From the IMG/VR virus record IMGVR_UViG_3300045020_000151: 64,000 nt of DNA; one strand, given 5' to 3'. This DNA is from an uncultured virus (IMG/VR IMGVR_UViG_3300045020_000151) (lineage: Duplodnaviria; Heunggongvirae; Uroviricota; Caudoviricetes). Made by a program: the position numbers and the translations under genes. This document shows, one piece after another, positions 45,112-54,170 of the stretch (its first letter is position 1; each line of letters begins with the position of its first letter). A model generated the notes under the pieces. The model worked only from the letters and a program-made list of their open reading frames with translations. It searched no databases and was not told the origin of the DNA.

Positions 45112-45660
45112 ATGGATGAAACAGGGGCTCATCTATCTGGGAGGTTGTTCGGCATCCAAAAGCTTGTCGACGCGAGTTCGACGGTTCTTCAAGTCCTGGG
45201 GGACAAGATGAAGATCCAATTGAAAGCGCTCGACAAGGTACCTGACGTACTGGATCACATCAGCGATGTGATGGGAGAGCTGCAGACGGCTCTGCAGGCC
45301 TATTCGCTGATGAAGATGCTGGAGCACAAGTTCGAAAGCGATCCAGAGGTGATGCAGTTGAAGAAGCAGGTGGCTCTCGTAGAGCTCAGGCACAAACGCT
45401 CAGACCTGGATCGGACGAGGACCAAACTCGAACGGAAGATCAAGGAGCTGCAGGTTCAGAAGGAGAAGCTGGAGAGGCGAAGCCCGGGAGTCAACCATGC
45501 CCTCAAGGACGGGACCACCCAGGTGAACGGCTCCAAGCCCTCCCAGATGAGCCGAGAGAAGAAACCACTCACACACAGGATCGACCTCACATCAGCCGTC
45601 GAAGGGCTGAAGGATGCAGCCGTTGAACCACCGGCTGCTGAGGCCGTAGCAAGTCCGTAG
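45112..45660 (+). CDS. Hypothetical coiled-coil protein
   Basis: ATG 45112 after CACAGGGA. Confidence 0.6.
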   Translation: MDETGAHLSGRLFGIQKLVDASSTVLQVLGDKMKIQLKALDKVPDVLDHISDVMGELQTALQAYSLMKMLEHKFESDPEVMQLKKQVALVELRHKRSDLDRTRTKLERKIKELQVQKEKLERRSPGVNHALKDGTTQVNGSKPSQMSREKKPLTHRIDLTSAVEGLKDAAVEPPAAEAVASP

Positions 45661-45705
45661 GTTCGGGGATTGGGAGAAGAGCCAGATACATCCGGCCCTT
45701 CTCTC

Positions 45706-45909
45706 TTAGCTCTTCTTCTTGATGTGCTTCGTCTCGGAATCGACGATGTAGAAGCGGATTCCGCAGTCCTTGCAGACGAGCATTGGCCGCAGCATGCCAT
45801 GACCGTTGAGGCTCAGCACTGGAGCCTTCTCATCTTCGTTCAAACGATCGATGTGGATGTGGATGCAATCGGCAGGCAGTTTCGATGGTGGCGGTCTGGT
45901 TGTGGTCAC
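45706..45909 (-). CDS. Small Zn-binding hypothetical protein
   Basis: CIH...CKDCG. Confidence 0.5.
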   Translation of the reverse strand: MTTTRPPPSKLPADCIHIHIDRLNEDEKAPVLSLNGHGMLRPMLVCKDCGIRFYIVDSETKHIKKKS

Positions 45910-46220
45910 TGTGCCTTCCTTCCGTCAATCAACGACCAGATGATGAGTAGCCCCAGTGGGCACATGCAGATGTCCACGAGAGCATTCATAGGAATCTCGT
46001 TGGTCTTCTCGACGCTGGGAAGCGCTAATTCGATGAAGCCCCTCGCCACTTTCCAGACCACTGCTCCGGTGATGGATACGATGAAGGCTCTGTCTCTGCG
46101 TCCCTGAATGAAGGAGACGAATGCTCCCATCAGGATCCAGAAGGCCAGGTGCACAATCGTGTACCAGTCGAACACGGTAGAACCCGAGTTCGACCAGAGG
46201 TCGCCCATCTGTTCTGGCAT
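45906..46220 (-). CDS. Membrane protein
   Basis: Three hydrophobic segments; DWYTIVHL. Confidence 0.55.
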   Translation of the reverse strand: MPEQMGDLWSNSGSTVFDWYTIVHLAFWILMGAFVSFIQGRRDRAFIVSITGAVVWKVARGFIELALPSVEKTNEIPMNALVDICMCPLGLLIIWSLIDGRKAQ

Positions 46221-46462
46221 CAGTGTGGATGGGTCCTTTGGTGGAGTTCATGGCAGAAGTCCACCCCAAAGGCCGAATTCTCATGCTCGATGATGAGGTG
46301 AGCTCCACACTGATCGAAAACGATGACCACCCGGATGTCGTTCTCAAGGTCGGCCAGCTCCAAGACCCTTGCAACCCTCTCAGAAGCCTCCCAGATGGGA
46401 GCATCTGCCGCCTGCACCAGTGCGTGCCACACCGGCAGGGTTGCAGCGTGCGCTGACCTCAT
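46220..46462 (-). CDS. Hypothetical protein
   Basis: 80 aa ORF. Confidence 0.45.
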   Translation of the reverse strand: MRSAHAATLPVWHALVQAADAPIWEASERVARVLELADLENDIRVVIVFDQCGAHLIIEHENSAFGVDFCHELHQRTHPH

Positions 46463-46465
46463 CGT

Positions 46466-46720
46466 TCATGACCTCAGTCGCTGAGAGATCCAGGCGAGGA
46501 TGTCCTTGTTGTCGTGAATCCGAACTCCACAGAAAGGGCAATACCAAAGGCTAAGTCCAACTGGGCCCTGTGGGGAGTTTCTTCTGTGTCCATTCGTCTT
46601 ACCTGAAATCACGACAAGTGTGACTGAGGCTTGGGAAAGCTGCGGAGGCTGGAGAGCCAACATCTCGACTACCTTCTTCAACCACGGGCACGGCTCCCAA
46701 TCACAGAAGTCTATTCTCAT
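46466..46720 (-). CDS. Hypothetical protein (YCPFCG)
   Basis: 84 aa ORF. Confidence 0.55.
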   Translation of the reverse strand: MRIDFCDWEPCPWLKKVVEMLALQPPQLSQASVTLVVISGKTNGHRRNSPQGPVGLSLWYCPFCGVRIHDNKDILAWISQRLRS

Positions 46721-47028
46721 GGAGTGAGGGCCTCTCTCTTCTTCAAGTACTCGATGATTTCAGCCTCCGAGCGCTCCTCCTTCAACATCACTTGGAGAGC
46801 ATCATCTTCGGACAAGGAGTGAAGCTCCTCATCCTTCACCTTCGGCTTGGATAGAACCTTGATGGAGCCAGGGGGCATGAGAACTATGTGCCCCAGGGCG
46901 TTGATGGCGAAGACCGCTACCTTGGTCTTCTGGAGAGCCTGCCCCAGCGCCATTCCTGCTATGAAGACGGAAGGGCGATCCCCGCTGGCCAATCGGTCCA
47001 GCGTGAGAACTTCATCCCTCTCGGGCAT
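46717..47028 (-). CDS. Hypothetical protein
   Basis: 103 aa ORF. Confidence 0.55.
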   Translation of the reverse strand: MPERDEVLTLDRLASGDRPSVFIAGMALGQALQKTKVAVFAINALGHIVLMPPGSIKVLSKPKVKDEELHSLSEDDALQVMLKEERSEAEIIEYLKKREALTP

Positions 47029-47056
47029 TGCACACCTCGGGTAGAGCTAGCCCTCC

Positions 47057-47082
47057 CAAAGAGGAAGGGCCCTTGGCATAAG
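47057..47082 (+). promoter_or_regulatory. Repeated promoter motif copy (CAAAG-N13-GGCATAAG)
   Basis: Motif match; nearest plus-strand gene is the AAA+ ATPase ~490 bp downstream. Confidence 0.55.
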
Positions 47083-47101
47083 ACTGGAGAAGCACCACAG
47101 C

Positions 47102-47548
47102 TTACTTCTTGAAGGACAACAAGTACTGTTTGGCCGATTCAAGGATCTCGATGGATTCGTAGGCTAGTCCAATGAGCCAATTGCATCTATCGCACAGCAA
47201 TCTTCTGACCAAGCCAGTGAGATGATCGTGATCGACTGCTAGCTTCTTTCCCTCTGCTGGTGGTCTACGACAGATGGCGCAAAGCCCACCCTGGGCTTCC
47301 TCCATCTCCTGGTACTCCTCCGAAGTGATGCCATACCGCTTCTTGAGCTCCCGGTTTCGGCTGGCTTCTTTCAGGAGTTTGCGGATCTCCGGATCGGCTC
47401 TACGCCTCTTTTGATACTCGCTGGTGCAGAGGGCACATTTGTCCTGAAGTCCGTCTGAAGTCTGCTTGTTCTTGTGGAAGAAACGAGCAAGCTTTCGACG
47501 CTCACATACCCAACACCATTTGGATTTCGCCGTCTCTTCCACAGGCAT
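47102..47548 (-). CDS. Endonuclease VII-domain protein (possible homing endonuclease)
   Basis: CWVC...C..C N-terminal finger; YGIT.EEY...QGGLCAIC...LAVDHDH.TGLVRRLLCDRCN. Confidence 0.85.
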   Translation of the reverse strand: MPVEETAKSKWCWVCERRKLARFFHKNKQTSDGLQDKCALCTSEYQKRRRADPEIRKLLKEASRNRELKKRYGITSEEYQEMEEAQGGLCAICRRPPAEGKKLAVDHDHLTGLVRRLLCDRCNWLIGLAYESIEILESAKQYLLSFKK

Positions 47549-47574
47549 ACGCGTCTTACCACTCGGAGACAGCA

Positions 47575-48522
47575 ATGAACATCTCAGGGGGCAACGGCAT
47601 CCTCGACATCAACGGCGTCGAGGTCCGTTACATGGCCCCGGACGACCTCTTCATCGAGGAGGAGTTGAAGTATGTCGATGTCTTCGGATTGGTGCCGTTC
47701 ATAGCCAATCTGGCCTACGACAGGGATACGAAGACCTGGGATCCACCCAACGTCCTTCTCAATGGTCCCACTGGCACTGGCAAGAGTCTCTTCTTCGCCC
47801 ACTTCTCTCAGGCCTACAAGATGCCCTACCTCTCCTTGGATTGCAGTGAGGGAACGAGGGACAGACATCTCAAGGGCGGATACACCGTCAACAGCCAGGG
47901 TTCCACTCCTTTCATCCTGGGTACGGTAGCCAATGCGGTTCAGGTGGCCAACGAGTACGGGCTAGCGATGCTCGTCTTCGAAGAGCTCAACGCTCTCTCG
48001 CCTCAGCTTCAGAAGGACGTGAACGCCCTCACAGATTTCAGGAAGAAGATTGAGGTCCCGGAGTTGAGCTACCGTTTCTCCCTGCTGCCTGGGAAGAGGC
48101 TCTTCATCGGTGCCACAATGAACCCCGCTGTCTACGGGGGCACCTACGAGCTCAACCGGGACCTGAAGAACAGGTTCATCGAGGTTGACGTCCCCTACCC
48201 GCCACCGGACCAGGAAAAGAAGCTCCTTCGGGCGATGGCTCCAGCCCTGCCCGAGGACACTCTGAACAGGCTCGTGGACATCGCCCAACACACCAGGCAG
48301 GAGGCAACGGCCTATTCCCTATCACCGAGAGATCTCGTTCAGGTCATCTCCATGATTCCAAGGGTGGGTTGGACCGATGCGCTGTTCCTGGCGGCCCAGA
48401 AGTTCTCCGATGCGGATCGGACGCTCATCATCGACCGCATCAAGGACATCACCAAGACTTCCATCTACCCGGACCTCACCGAAAGGATGAAGGTCCTCAA
48501 CATAGGAGGCAGCACCGCATGA
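47575..48522 (+). CDS. MoxR-family (CbbQ/NirQ/CobS-like) AAA+ ATPase
   Basis: GPTGTGKS Walker A, LVFEELN Walker B, ATMNP...L..RF. Confidence 0.85.
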   Translation: MNISGGNGILDINGVEVRYMAPDDLFIEEELKYVDVFGLVPFIANLAYDRDTKTWDPPNVLLNGPTGTGKSLFFAHFSQAYKMPYLSLDCSEGTRDRHLKGGYTVNSQGSTPFILGTVANAVQVANEYGLAMLVFEELNALSPQLQKDVNALTDFRKKIEVPELSYRFSLLPGKRLFIGATMNPAVYGGTYELNRDLKNRFIEVDVPYPPPDQEKKLLRAMAPALPEDTLNRLVDIAQHTRQEATAYSLSPRDLVQVISMIPRVGWTDALFLAAQKFSDADRTLIIDRIKDITKTSIYPDLTERMKVLNIGGSTA

Positions 48523-48791
48523 AGAACCAACAGGCTGACCTGCAGCTAGCGCTGTTCCCGCCGCCTCCAGTGAGGCTGACTGAACGACAGCGCCTGCGTA
48601 CGACCATGCAGGAACTCGTTTCGAATCCGCTCGCTGCAGTGAAGAAGGGGGATGTGACGGACGCAAAGTGCCCAAGCTGCGACCAGCCAAAGGCTGTGGT
48701 CAAGACCATCCTCGGGGCTCGGATGCTCGTCACGTGCTTGAACGAGCCCTGCAAGTACACCTTCCGCATGGAGACTCCGACTCTCAAATGA
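48519..48791 (+). CDS. Zn-ribbon hypothetical protein
   Basis: CPSC...C...C; ATG 48519. Confidence 0.55.
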   Translation: MKNQQADLQLALFPPPPVRLTERQRLRTTMQELVSNPLAAVKKGDVTDAKCPSCDQPKAVVKTILGARMLVTCLNEPCKYTFRMETPTLK

Positions 48792-50731
48792 GCACCACAG
48801 AGGAAGAGGTTGATAGGCAGCTACAAGAGATTGACCTCATCCGCCGGCGGCATCGCATCTACTCGGGGATTGTGGGCAAGGATTTGGATCTCCTGCCCAC
48901 AGCCCCTCCGGGTCGGACTGACTGCGAGAGCTACATTGCGGTGCCATTCGAAGATCCACAAGCCGGGCTCGTGCACCAACACGAATGGCAGCACGTCTTC
49001 TTCAAGAGTGACTTGAGAGCTCGCACGGCCTTCGTTGAGGACTATCTCAACCGAATCGATTTGCAGCGACCAGGCATCTTCAGTCCTGGATTCAGCCACC
49101 ATTCAACGAATGTCGGTCGAGCTGAAGTTGCGGACTTCTTGCATGCCTTCATCAATGGGCTCGACGACCTCCGGGTCTGTTCGCTCTGGGAAGGGCCCTA
49201 TCCTCAATCAGCCGAGGACATCCAGAACAGATGGAAGCGGATCCTGGTAGGCCACAAGAAGTATGACAAGGACATCACGATGTACATGATGGCCTTGGGG
49301 CTTGGACTTCGACACGAGGCTGGACAGCTTGGTGGGTCCTATTGGAGACGCTACGAGAAGGTTCTCATCGATGGGACCGACAAGGTGAAGAAGAGCACCT
49401 TCGCAGCTTGCCTCATCGCAGCCAGGTGGATCCTCGACTCCATCATCGACGACATGTGGAACCTCTCGAAGATGGGAGCGGAGTCCTACAAGCTTCCAGT
49501 ACCAGAGCCAGCTAAGAGTCTATCGAGTGGAGCTCCAGCTCCTGCTCTTAGCTCTGGGTTCGGAAAGCCTGTAGTTCATCGAGCTGAAGAGGAACAGCCC
49601 AAGCTGCATCGAGGTTCTGACACCCAGGCTCCAATCAACTCGGCTCTCACCAAGTTCGTTGAGGGCCACGCGGTGGCTGTGCGTGCGGATCCAAACGGCA
49701 ACGGGCCCATGATGGACACCAATGTCGTGCCCAATGGTCCTGACCCCAACTACAAGCACACCAGGCAGATAGTCGACGCAGCAATGGGCGTCTCGACCAG
49801 CGACCAGGTGCAAATCCTGCTGGCACAGGCCCAGGTCGAAATCGAGAAGGTCATTGCCACATTGAAAGGGAGGACCAAACAACTCACACCAGATCAGAAG
49901 CTTCTCAAGGGATTGGAGGGACACGTCTCATTCTTCGATGTGAAGCCCGAAGACGTGGACGAGCTCAAGCTCCAGCCTGAGGACGGTAGGGCCATTCAGG
50001 TCCTCCATCAGGAGTTCTCCAGGCTTCGAGGACGCAAAAGGCTGCAGATGAGCGACTCGGGTTCAGTCCTGGATCCACGGGCCTACATCGATTTCACGAC
50101 TGGCAGCGGAGATGCAGACATCTTCGAAGAGGAGACCACGTCGAAAGGGTTCTCGGCGCTCATCCTCCTCGACATGAGCGGTTCCATGCTGGATGACTGG
50201 CAGTCGGTATCAAGGGCCTGCAAGGTGCTGGCGAAGGCACTGAAGTTCCCATTCGCCAGCTTGGACGTGTGGGGTTTCAGTTCTGACAGGCACGGCAAGA
50301 TCAACATCATGAGGTTCCTGGACATTGAGAAGGGCTACAGCGGAGAGAAGCTGACGTCGAAGGCCTGGGGCCTCACGCCTTTGCACCTTACGTCTGAGGT
50401 GGCTATCCGCAAGCTCGCGTCAGTGCCCAGCACCTCGAAGCACCTCTTCATCCTCACGGACGGAGTGCCGGTGCACCTATCAGCGCTCGGTCACGCTGCA
50501 ACCATCGAGGACATGATCACCGAGATGGCGTTCTTCATCGAACAAGGTCGAAAGAAGAAGATCCACACCACGGGTTTGGTGATAGGGTACGAAGTCGAAG
50601 ACAACATCGCCGATGTGATGTTCGGACACCGGCGGTTTTGGCATCGGATAGACAGCGAACGCGGCGAGCTCTTTCATTCACTCGTTACGTTGGTGAGGCA
50701 GTCGTTCGTCAACTATCTGAGAGGGAACTGA
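48788..50731 (+). CDS. VWA-domain protein with N-terminal HExxH (CobT-like partner of the AAA+ ATPase)
   Basis: HEWQH; MIDAS LLDMSGSM...TP...ILTDG; start ATG 48788. Confidence 0.8.
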   Translation: MSTTEEEVDRQLQEIDLIRRRHRIYSGIVGKDLDLLPTAPPGRTDCESYIAVPFEDPQAGLVHQHEWQHVFFKSDLRARTAFVEDYLNRIDLQRPGIFSPGFSHHSTNVGRAEVADFLHAFINGLDDLRVCSLWEGPYPQSAEDIQNRWKRILVGHKKYDKDITMYMMALGLGLRHEAGQLGGSYWRRYEKVLIDGTDKVKKSTFAACLIAARWILDSIIDDMWNLSKMGAESYKLPVPEPAKSLSSGAPAPALSSGFGKPVVHRAEEEQPKLHRGSDTQAPINSALTKFVEGHAVAVRADPNGNGPMMDTNVVPNGPDPNYKHTRQIVDAAMGVSTSDQVQILLAQAQVEIEKVIATLKGRTKQLTPDQKLLKGLEGHVSFFDVKPEDVDELKLQPEDGRAIQVLHQEFSRLRGRKRLQMSDSGSVLDPRAYIDFTTGSGDADIFEEETTSKGFSALILLDMSGSMLDDWQSVSRACKVLAKALKFPFASLDVWGFSSDRHGKINIMRFLDIEKGYSGEKLTSKAWGLTPLHLTSEVAIRKLASVPSTSKHLFILTDGVPVHLSALGHAATIEDMITEMAFFIEQGRKKKIHTTGLVIGYEVEDNIADVMFGHRRFWHRIDSERGELFHSLVTLVRQSFVNYLRGN

Positions 50732-50922
50732 TGCCGAAGGATTGGTACAGGTCAGACATCAAGTTCTCGACGGTCAATCGAGAGAAGCTCTGCAGGCTCA
50801 AGCAAGAGATCTACGAGAAGACTGGAAAGAAGGTGACGATGACCCGGTTGGTGAACAAGCTCGTTGAAGTGTACTTCGAGAGAGTGGAGAAGAACCCCAT
50901 TCACTTTCTCGGGGCGGGGTAG
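50731..50922 (+). CDS. Small ribbon-helix-helix-like protein
   Basis: MPKDWYRSDIKFS...KKVTMTRLVNKLV. Confidence 0.45.
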   Translation: MPKDWYRSDIKFSTVNREKLCRLKQEIYEKTGKKVTMTRLVNKLVEVYFERVEKNPIHFLGAG

Positions 50923-50966
50923 TAGAAAACACCATTCACAGAGCCAAGAGCTCAAGAGGAACGACA

Positions 50967-51419
50967 ATGCCACGTGGAGTCTATGACCGCAGCAAGTCGA
51001 AGGAGCAGCGAGCCGCAGAGAAGGCCGCTGGCAAGCCGAGCAACCCGAAGTCGGTGAAGAAGTACGCGAAGAAGGGAGCCTCTCTCACGAAGACCGGCTT
51101 CATCTCCCTGCCGACTCTCGAAGAGAACCACAAGCGCCTGGAGGCCATGGAGCAGTACTTCGCCATCCTCACCGCTGCGAAGGCCGGTGGCGCCCTGAAC
51201 ACGAAGATCGAGAAGGCGATCAACAGCACCATCGATCGGATGGAGAGCCTGGCCGAGCGGATCTGGCCGCTCAACTCCGAGGACACCGGAGAGGTCCACG
51301 AGGCGGTCGCGGGCAAGAAGAACGGCGCTCACTCCCACGCCGCTTCTCCGGCTCCGACCACCCAGACCGCTCCGCCGGCGCCGGTGCCGTTCAACCCGGC
51401 AACTCCGCCCCAGAGCTAG
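50967..51419 (+). CDS. Hypothetical basic protein
   Basis: 150 aa, MPRGVYDR start. Confidence 0.65.
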   Translation: MPRGVYDRSKSKEQRAAEKAAGKPSNPKSVKKYAKKGASLTKTGFISLPTLEENHKRLEAMEQYFAILTAAKAGGALNTKIEKAINSTIDRMESLAERIWPLNSEDTGEVHEAVAGKKNGAHSHAASPAPTTQTAPPAPVPFNPATPPQS

Positions 51420-51450
51420 ATCTCAAGCCAGCAAAGCAGCGATAGGAGAA

Positions 51451-51490
51451 GAAAGGGTCATACTCGAAGTGGGTATGACCCTTTCGCTTT
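51451..51490 (+). terminator. Hairpin terminator
   Basis: GAAAGGGTCATAC...GTATGACCCTTTC inverted repeat. Confidence 0.65.
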
Positions 51491-51556
51491 GCACAGCTCT
51501 CCAGGCCCTGGACAATGAACGGTGTAGGTTAAGCGGCCCGCTCCGAGAGGAACGAA

Positions 51557-51766
51557 ATGCAGACCGGTACCGTCAAATGGTTCAACGACGCCAAGGGCTA
51601 CGGCTTCATCAAGCCCGATGACGGGGGGAAAGACGTCTTCGTGCACCATTCAGCCATCAGCATGAAGGGCTTCAGAACTCTTGCGGAGGGTGAGAGGGTG
51701 CAGTTCGACATCGAGAAGGGTGTCAAAGGCCTTCAAGCAGCGAACGTGCAGAAGATCGCGACCTGA
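51557..51766 (+). CDS. cspA: Cold-shock protein
   Basis: [15 protein letters not shown] (RNP1), DVFVHHSAI (RNP2), KGLQAANV. Confidence 0.95.
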   Translation: MQTGTVKWFNDAKGYGFIKPDDGGKDVFVHHSAISMKGFRTLAEGERVQFDIEKGVKGLQAANVQKIAT

Positions 51767-51783
51767 GTTGCCTACCAAGCAGA

Positions 51784-51832
51784 AGTGGGGAGGCCAAGGA
51801 CTAAGTTCGTCCAGCCTCCCCCTTCTTTTCTT
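51784..51832. terminator. Terminator between convergent genes
   Basis: GGGGAGGC...GCCTCCCC followed by a T-rich tract. Confidence 0.55.
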
Positions 51833-51868
51833 AACCCTTGGAGCTAGACCTCGGGTTCCTTACAAGTT

Positions 51869-53728
51869 CTACGGCTCAATCCAAGACGTGCCGTTGCAGT
51901 AGGCCAACTTGTTGTTGGTGGAGTCGTAGAACTGAGCTCCTGGGCCAACTGTGGTCGAGTTGATCGAAGACAGCGCCGAGCCACAGACCGGAAGGCTCGC
52001 GTTCGCGACGCTGGGCATGATGGGAGAGCAACCCTTTCCGCTGATGCACTGGATGTAGGAAGGCTGCTGGTTCGTCGATAGTCCGTACCATGCCGTGGCC
52101 TGATTCCCGTCCATCAGGGTGATGCCCGAGATGTTGGTGTACGTCCAAAACGTGCCGGTCTGGTTCAGCTCGATGTCGTGGGTGTTCGTGGTGAAGGTGA
52201 CGTCCCCGACCGAGGCACGCACCTTCGCTCCCAACACCAGTTCGACTCCGATTCCGTTGTTGGAGAAGACCGGACCGTTCGTGAATCGGAACCCATAGGG
52301 TCCAATGGCGATCATACCTCCGGTGGCGTTGTTGTTGTACGTACCGCCGATGACTCGTCCACCACCTCCGTTGGCGAAGGTGTTCCCGGAGGTGAAGCTG
52401 GAGAAGTACAGACCCCACCCTCCACTCGTGTTCTCGATGTCGTCGTACCGGAATTCACTCTCACCCGGCCCAGCGAGGGAATAGGTACCGAGCGTCTGCG
52501 GAGCGAAGCCCCAGAAGGAGTTGAAGAAGGAATTGATGGTTCCTGGGGCTGGGATCCAGTCACCCGTTGCGGCTGACCTGACGCTCGCATAGGCAAAAGC
52601 GCCTGTATCTCCAACGTTCCCCAACAGGACTGGAGGCACTCCGGCGAAGGATCCGCCGTGACCCACAGGTCCGGAGAAGCCGACGTTGGCAGTGACGTTG
52701 CCAAGACCAGCGTAGTTCTCCACCAGAGCGACGTTGTTGGAGTTCGTCCACTGGAAGATGGCGGAGACGGTGCCATTGGTAGATCCGGTGGTCGGCATTG
52801 CCTTGTTGAATCGGGCGGTGATGCAGTCGGAGTCCCTGGCGAAGAGCAGAGTCCCGCCGGCGGTCATCTTGAAGCCGGTGAGCGTGAAGCCTGGCATTGT
52901 GGCCGTGACGATGTTGCCCGACGTGTTCGTTCCGTTCGCGTATGGGGCTGTAGCGCTGCACCGACTGTCGGAGACGATGAAGTGAGCGTAGTTGGCGATC
53001 TGTCCGTAGCTCTGCCCGAAAGTGGCCACGGCCGAGGATTGGAGAGCCTGGTTCGTCGCCGCAGGCAATGGAAGTCCTGCATCCACGAGCAGACAGCCAG
53101 GCTCTGCAAGAGCGAACGTAGTGGTGGTGTCAGCGAAGGGCTCTGTCTCATCCAGGGCCACGAAAGCGTCGTTGCCGTCGTTGCTGACGATCTGAGCGCA
53201 ACGACCAGACCCAGTACCTCCGGTGTTGCACCACATGAGCCCACGGAGTCCGGCGTCTGCCCATCCGGCGCCACCACTCACGGTGAGAGAGACGAAAGCC
53301 CCGGTCCCACCTCCAGTGGCGCTCACAGCCCCTGACGTGGGCAATCCAGCTCCGGCATCGACGTTATAGTTCCAGCCGTACCCACCGTCTGCGTACATGC
53401 AGGCGATTTCGAACCAGGCTCCTCCGTCACTCACCACCTCAGGGTGGTTGCTGGGGATGTAGGCGCCGGCGTTGTAGGTGCCTGGGATGACAGCGATGGT
53501 GACGGGAGATTGCTTCCGAACCGGTGTGTTGTTCACCGCCCCCTGAATCGATGCACACGGAGCGGCTGAGGTTGGCCCACATCCCACCCCGTCCACTCCG
53601 CCAGACGAGTTGACCCAGATGGTTCTGGGTGTGGTGGGTGGGGCGACGAGGTCGTTCTTGCGAGCGTACTGGCTGAGCTGAGCGTATGCGCTCGTGGAAA
53701 GCAGGAGGGCGATGAGTGCTTTCTTCAT
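51869..53728 (-). CDS. Beta-helix (pectin-lyase-like) tailspike/fibre-like protein with apparent signal peptide
   Basis: MKKALIALLLSTSAYAQ; IWVNSSGG.D...PCASIQGAVN...I...GTY; G/N-rich beta repeats; C-terminal FYDSTNNKLAYCNGTSW. Confidence 0.6.
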   Translation of the reverse strand: MKKALIALLLSTSAYAQLSQYARKNDLVAPPTTPRTIWVNSSGGVDGVGCGPTSAAPCASIQGAVNNTPVRKQSPVTIAVIPGTYNAGAYIPSNHPEVVSDGGAWFEIACMYADGGYGWNYNVDAGAGLPTSGAVSATGGGTGAFVSLTVSGGAGWADAGLRGLMWCNTGGTGSGRCAQIVSNDGNDAFVALDETEPFADTTTTFALAEPGCLLVDAGLPLPAATNQALQSSAVATFGQSYGQIANYAHFIVSDSRCSATAPYANGTNTSGNIVTATMPGFTLTGFKMTAGGTLLFARDSDCITARFNKAMPTTGSTNGTVSAIFQWTNSNNVALVENYAGLGNVTANVGFSGPVGHGGSFAGVPPVLLGNVGDTGAFAYASVRSAATGDWIPAPGTINSFFNSFWGFAPQTLGTYSLAGPGESEFRYDDIENTSGGWGLYFSSFTSGNTFANGGGGRVIGGTYNNNATGGMIAIGPYGFRFTNGPVFSNNGIGVELVLGAKVRASVGDVTFTTNTHDIELNQTGTFWTYTNISGITLMDGNQATAWYGLSTNQQPSYIQCISGKGCSPIMPSVANASLPVCGSALSSINSTTVGPGAQFYDSTNNKLAYCNGTSWIEP

Positions 53729-53737
53729 GGGAGGCTC

Positions 53738-54145
53738 CTAGAACTGGAACTCGACGAAGGAGTTCACGCCATCCGGCATCATGATTCGAACCAAGCTCAA
53801 CTCACCTGGAGTCGGGTTCGTAACCGAGAAGGCGAACACTCCCGCCGCAGTGGTTTGCAACCAGAGCTCTTCAGGAACTGAGAGCTTCGTGGTGCCGGTG
53901 ACTGTCGCCAACGCCGCACCACCTGTCGCTGTGTTGAGCTCGATCTGGATGTCGGCGACCTTCTGAACCATGTTGCCGACGCCATCGACCAACTGACAGG
54001 TCGCGATGATGACTCCACCGGAGTTCGCTCCTAGGAGGACGGTGACGTCCTGGGCGAGTTCGATGATGGCCTTTGCGATCATGTCGCCGGAGTTGGCCAG
54101 CGACTGGAGGTACACCTGCTTGTCTTTGCTGAGCTTGCGAGCCAC
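53738..54145 (-). CDS. Putative tail-associated Ig-like protein (paralog of 54944-55372)
   Basis: QLVDGVG...WLQTTAAGVFAFSVT...GE...EFQF. Confidence 0.55.
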   Translation of the reverse strand: MARKLSKDKQVYLQSLANSGDMIAKAIIELAQDVTVLLGANSGGVIIATCQLVDGVGNMVQKVADIQIELNTATGGAALATVTGTTKLSVPEELWLQTTAAGVFAFSVTNPTPGELSLVRIMMPDGVNSFVEFQF

Positions 54146-54170
54146 GTGCTACCCCCGAGCTGGTGTTACG

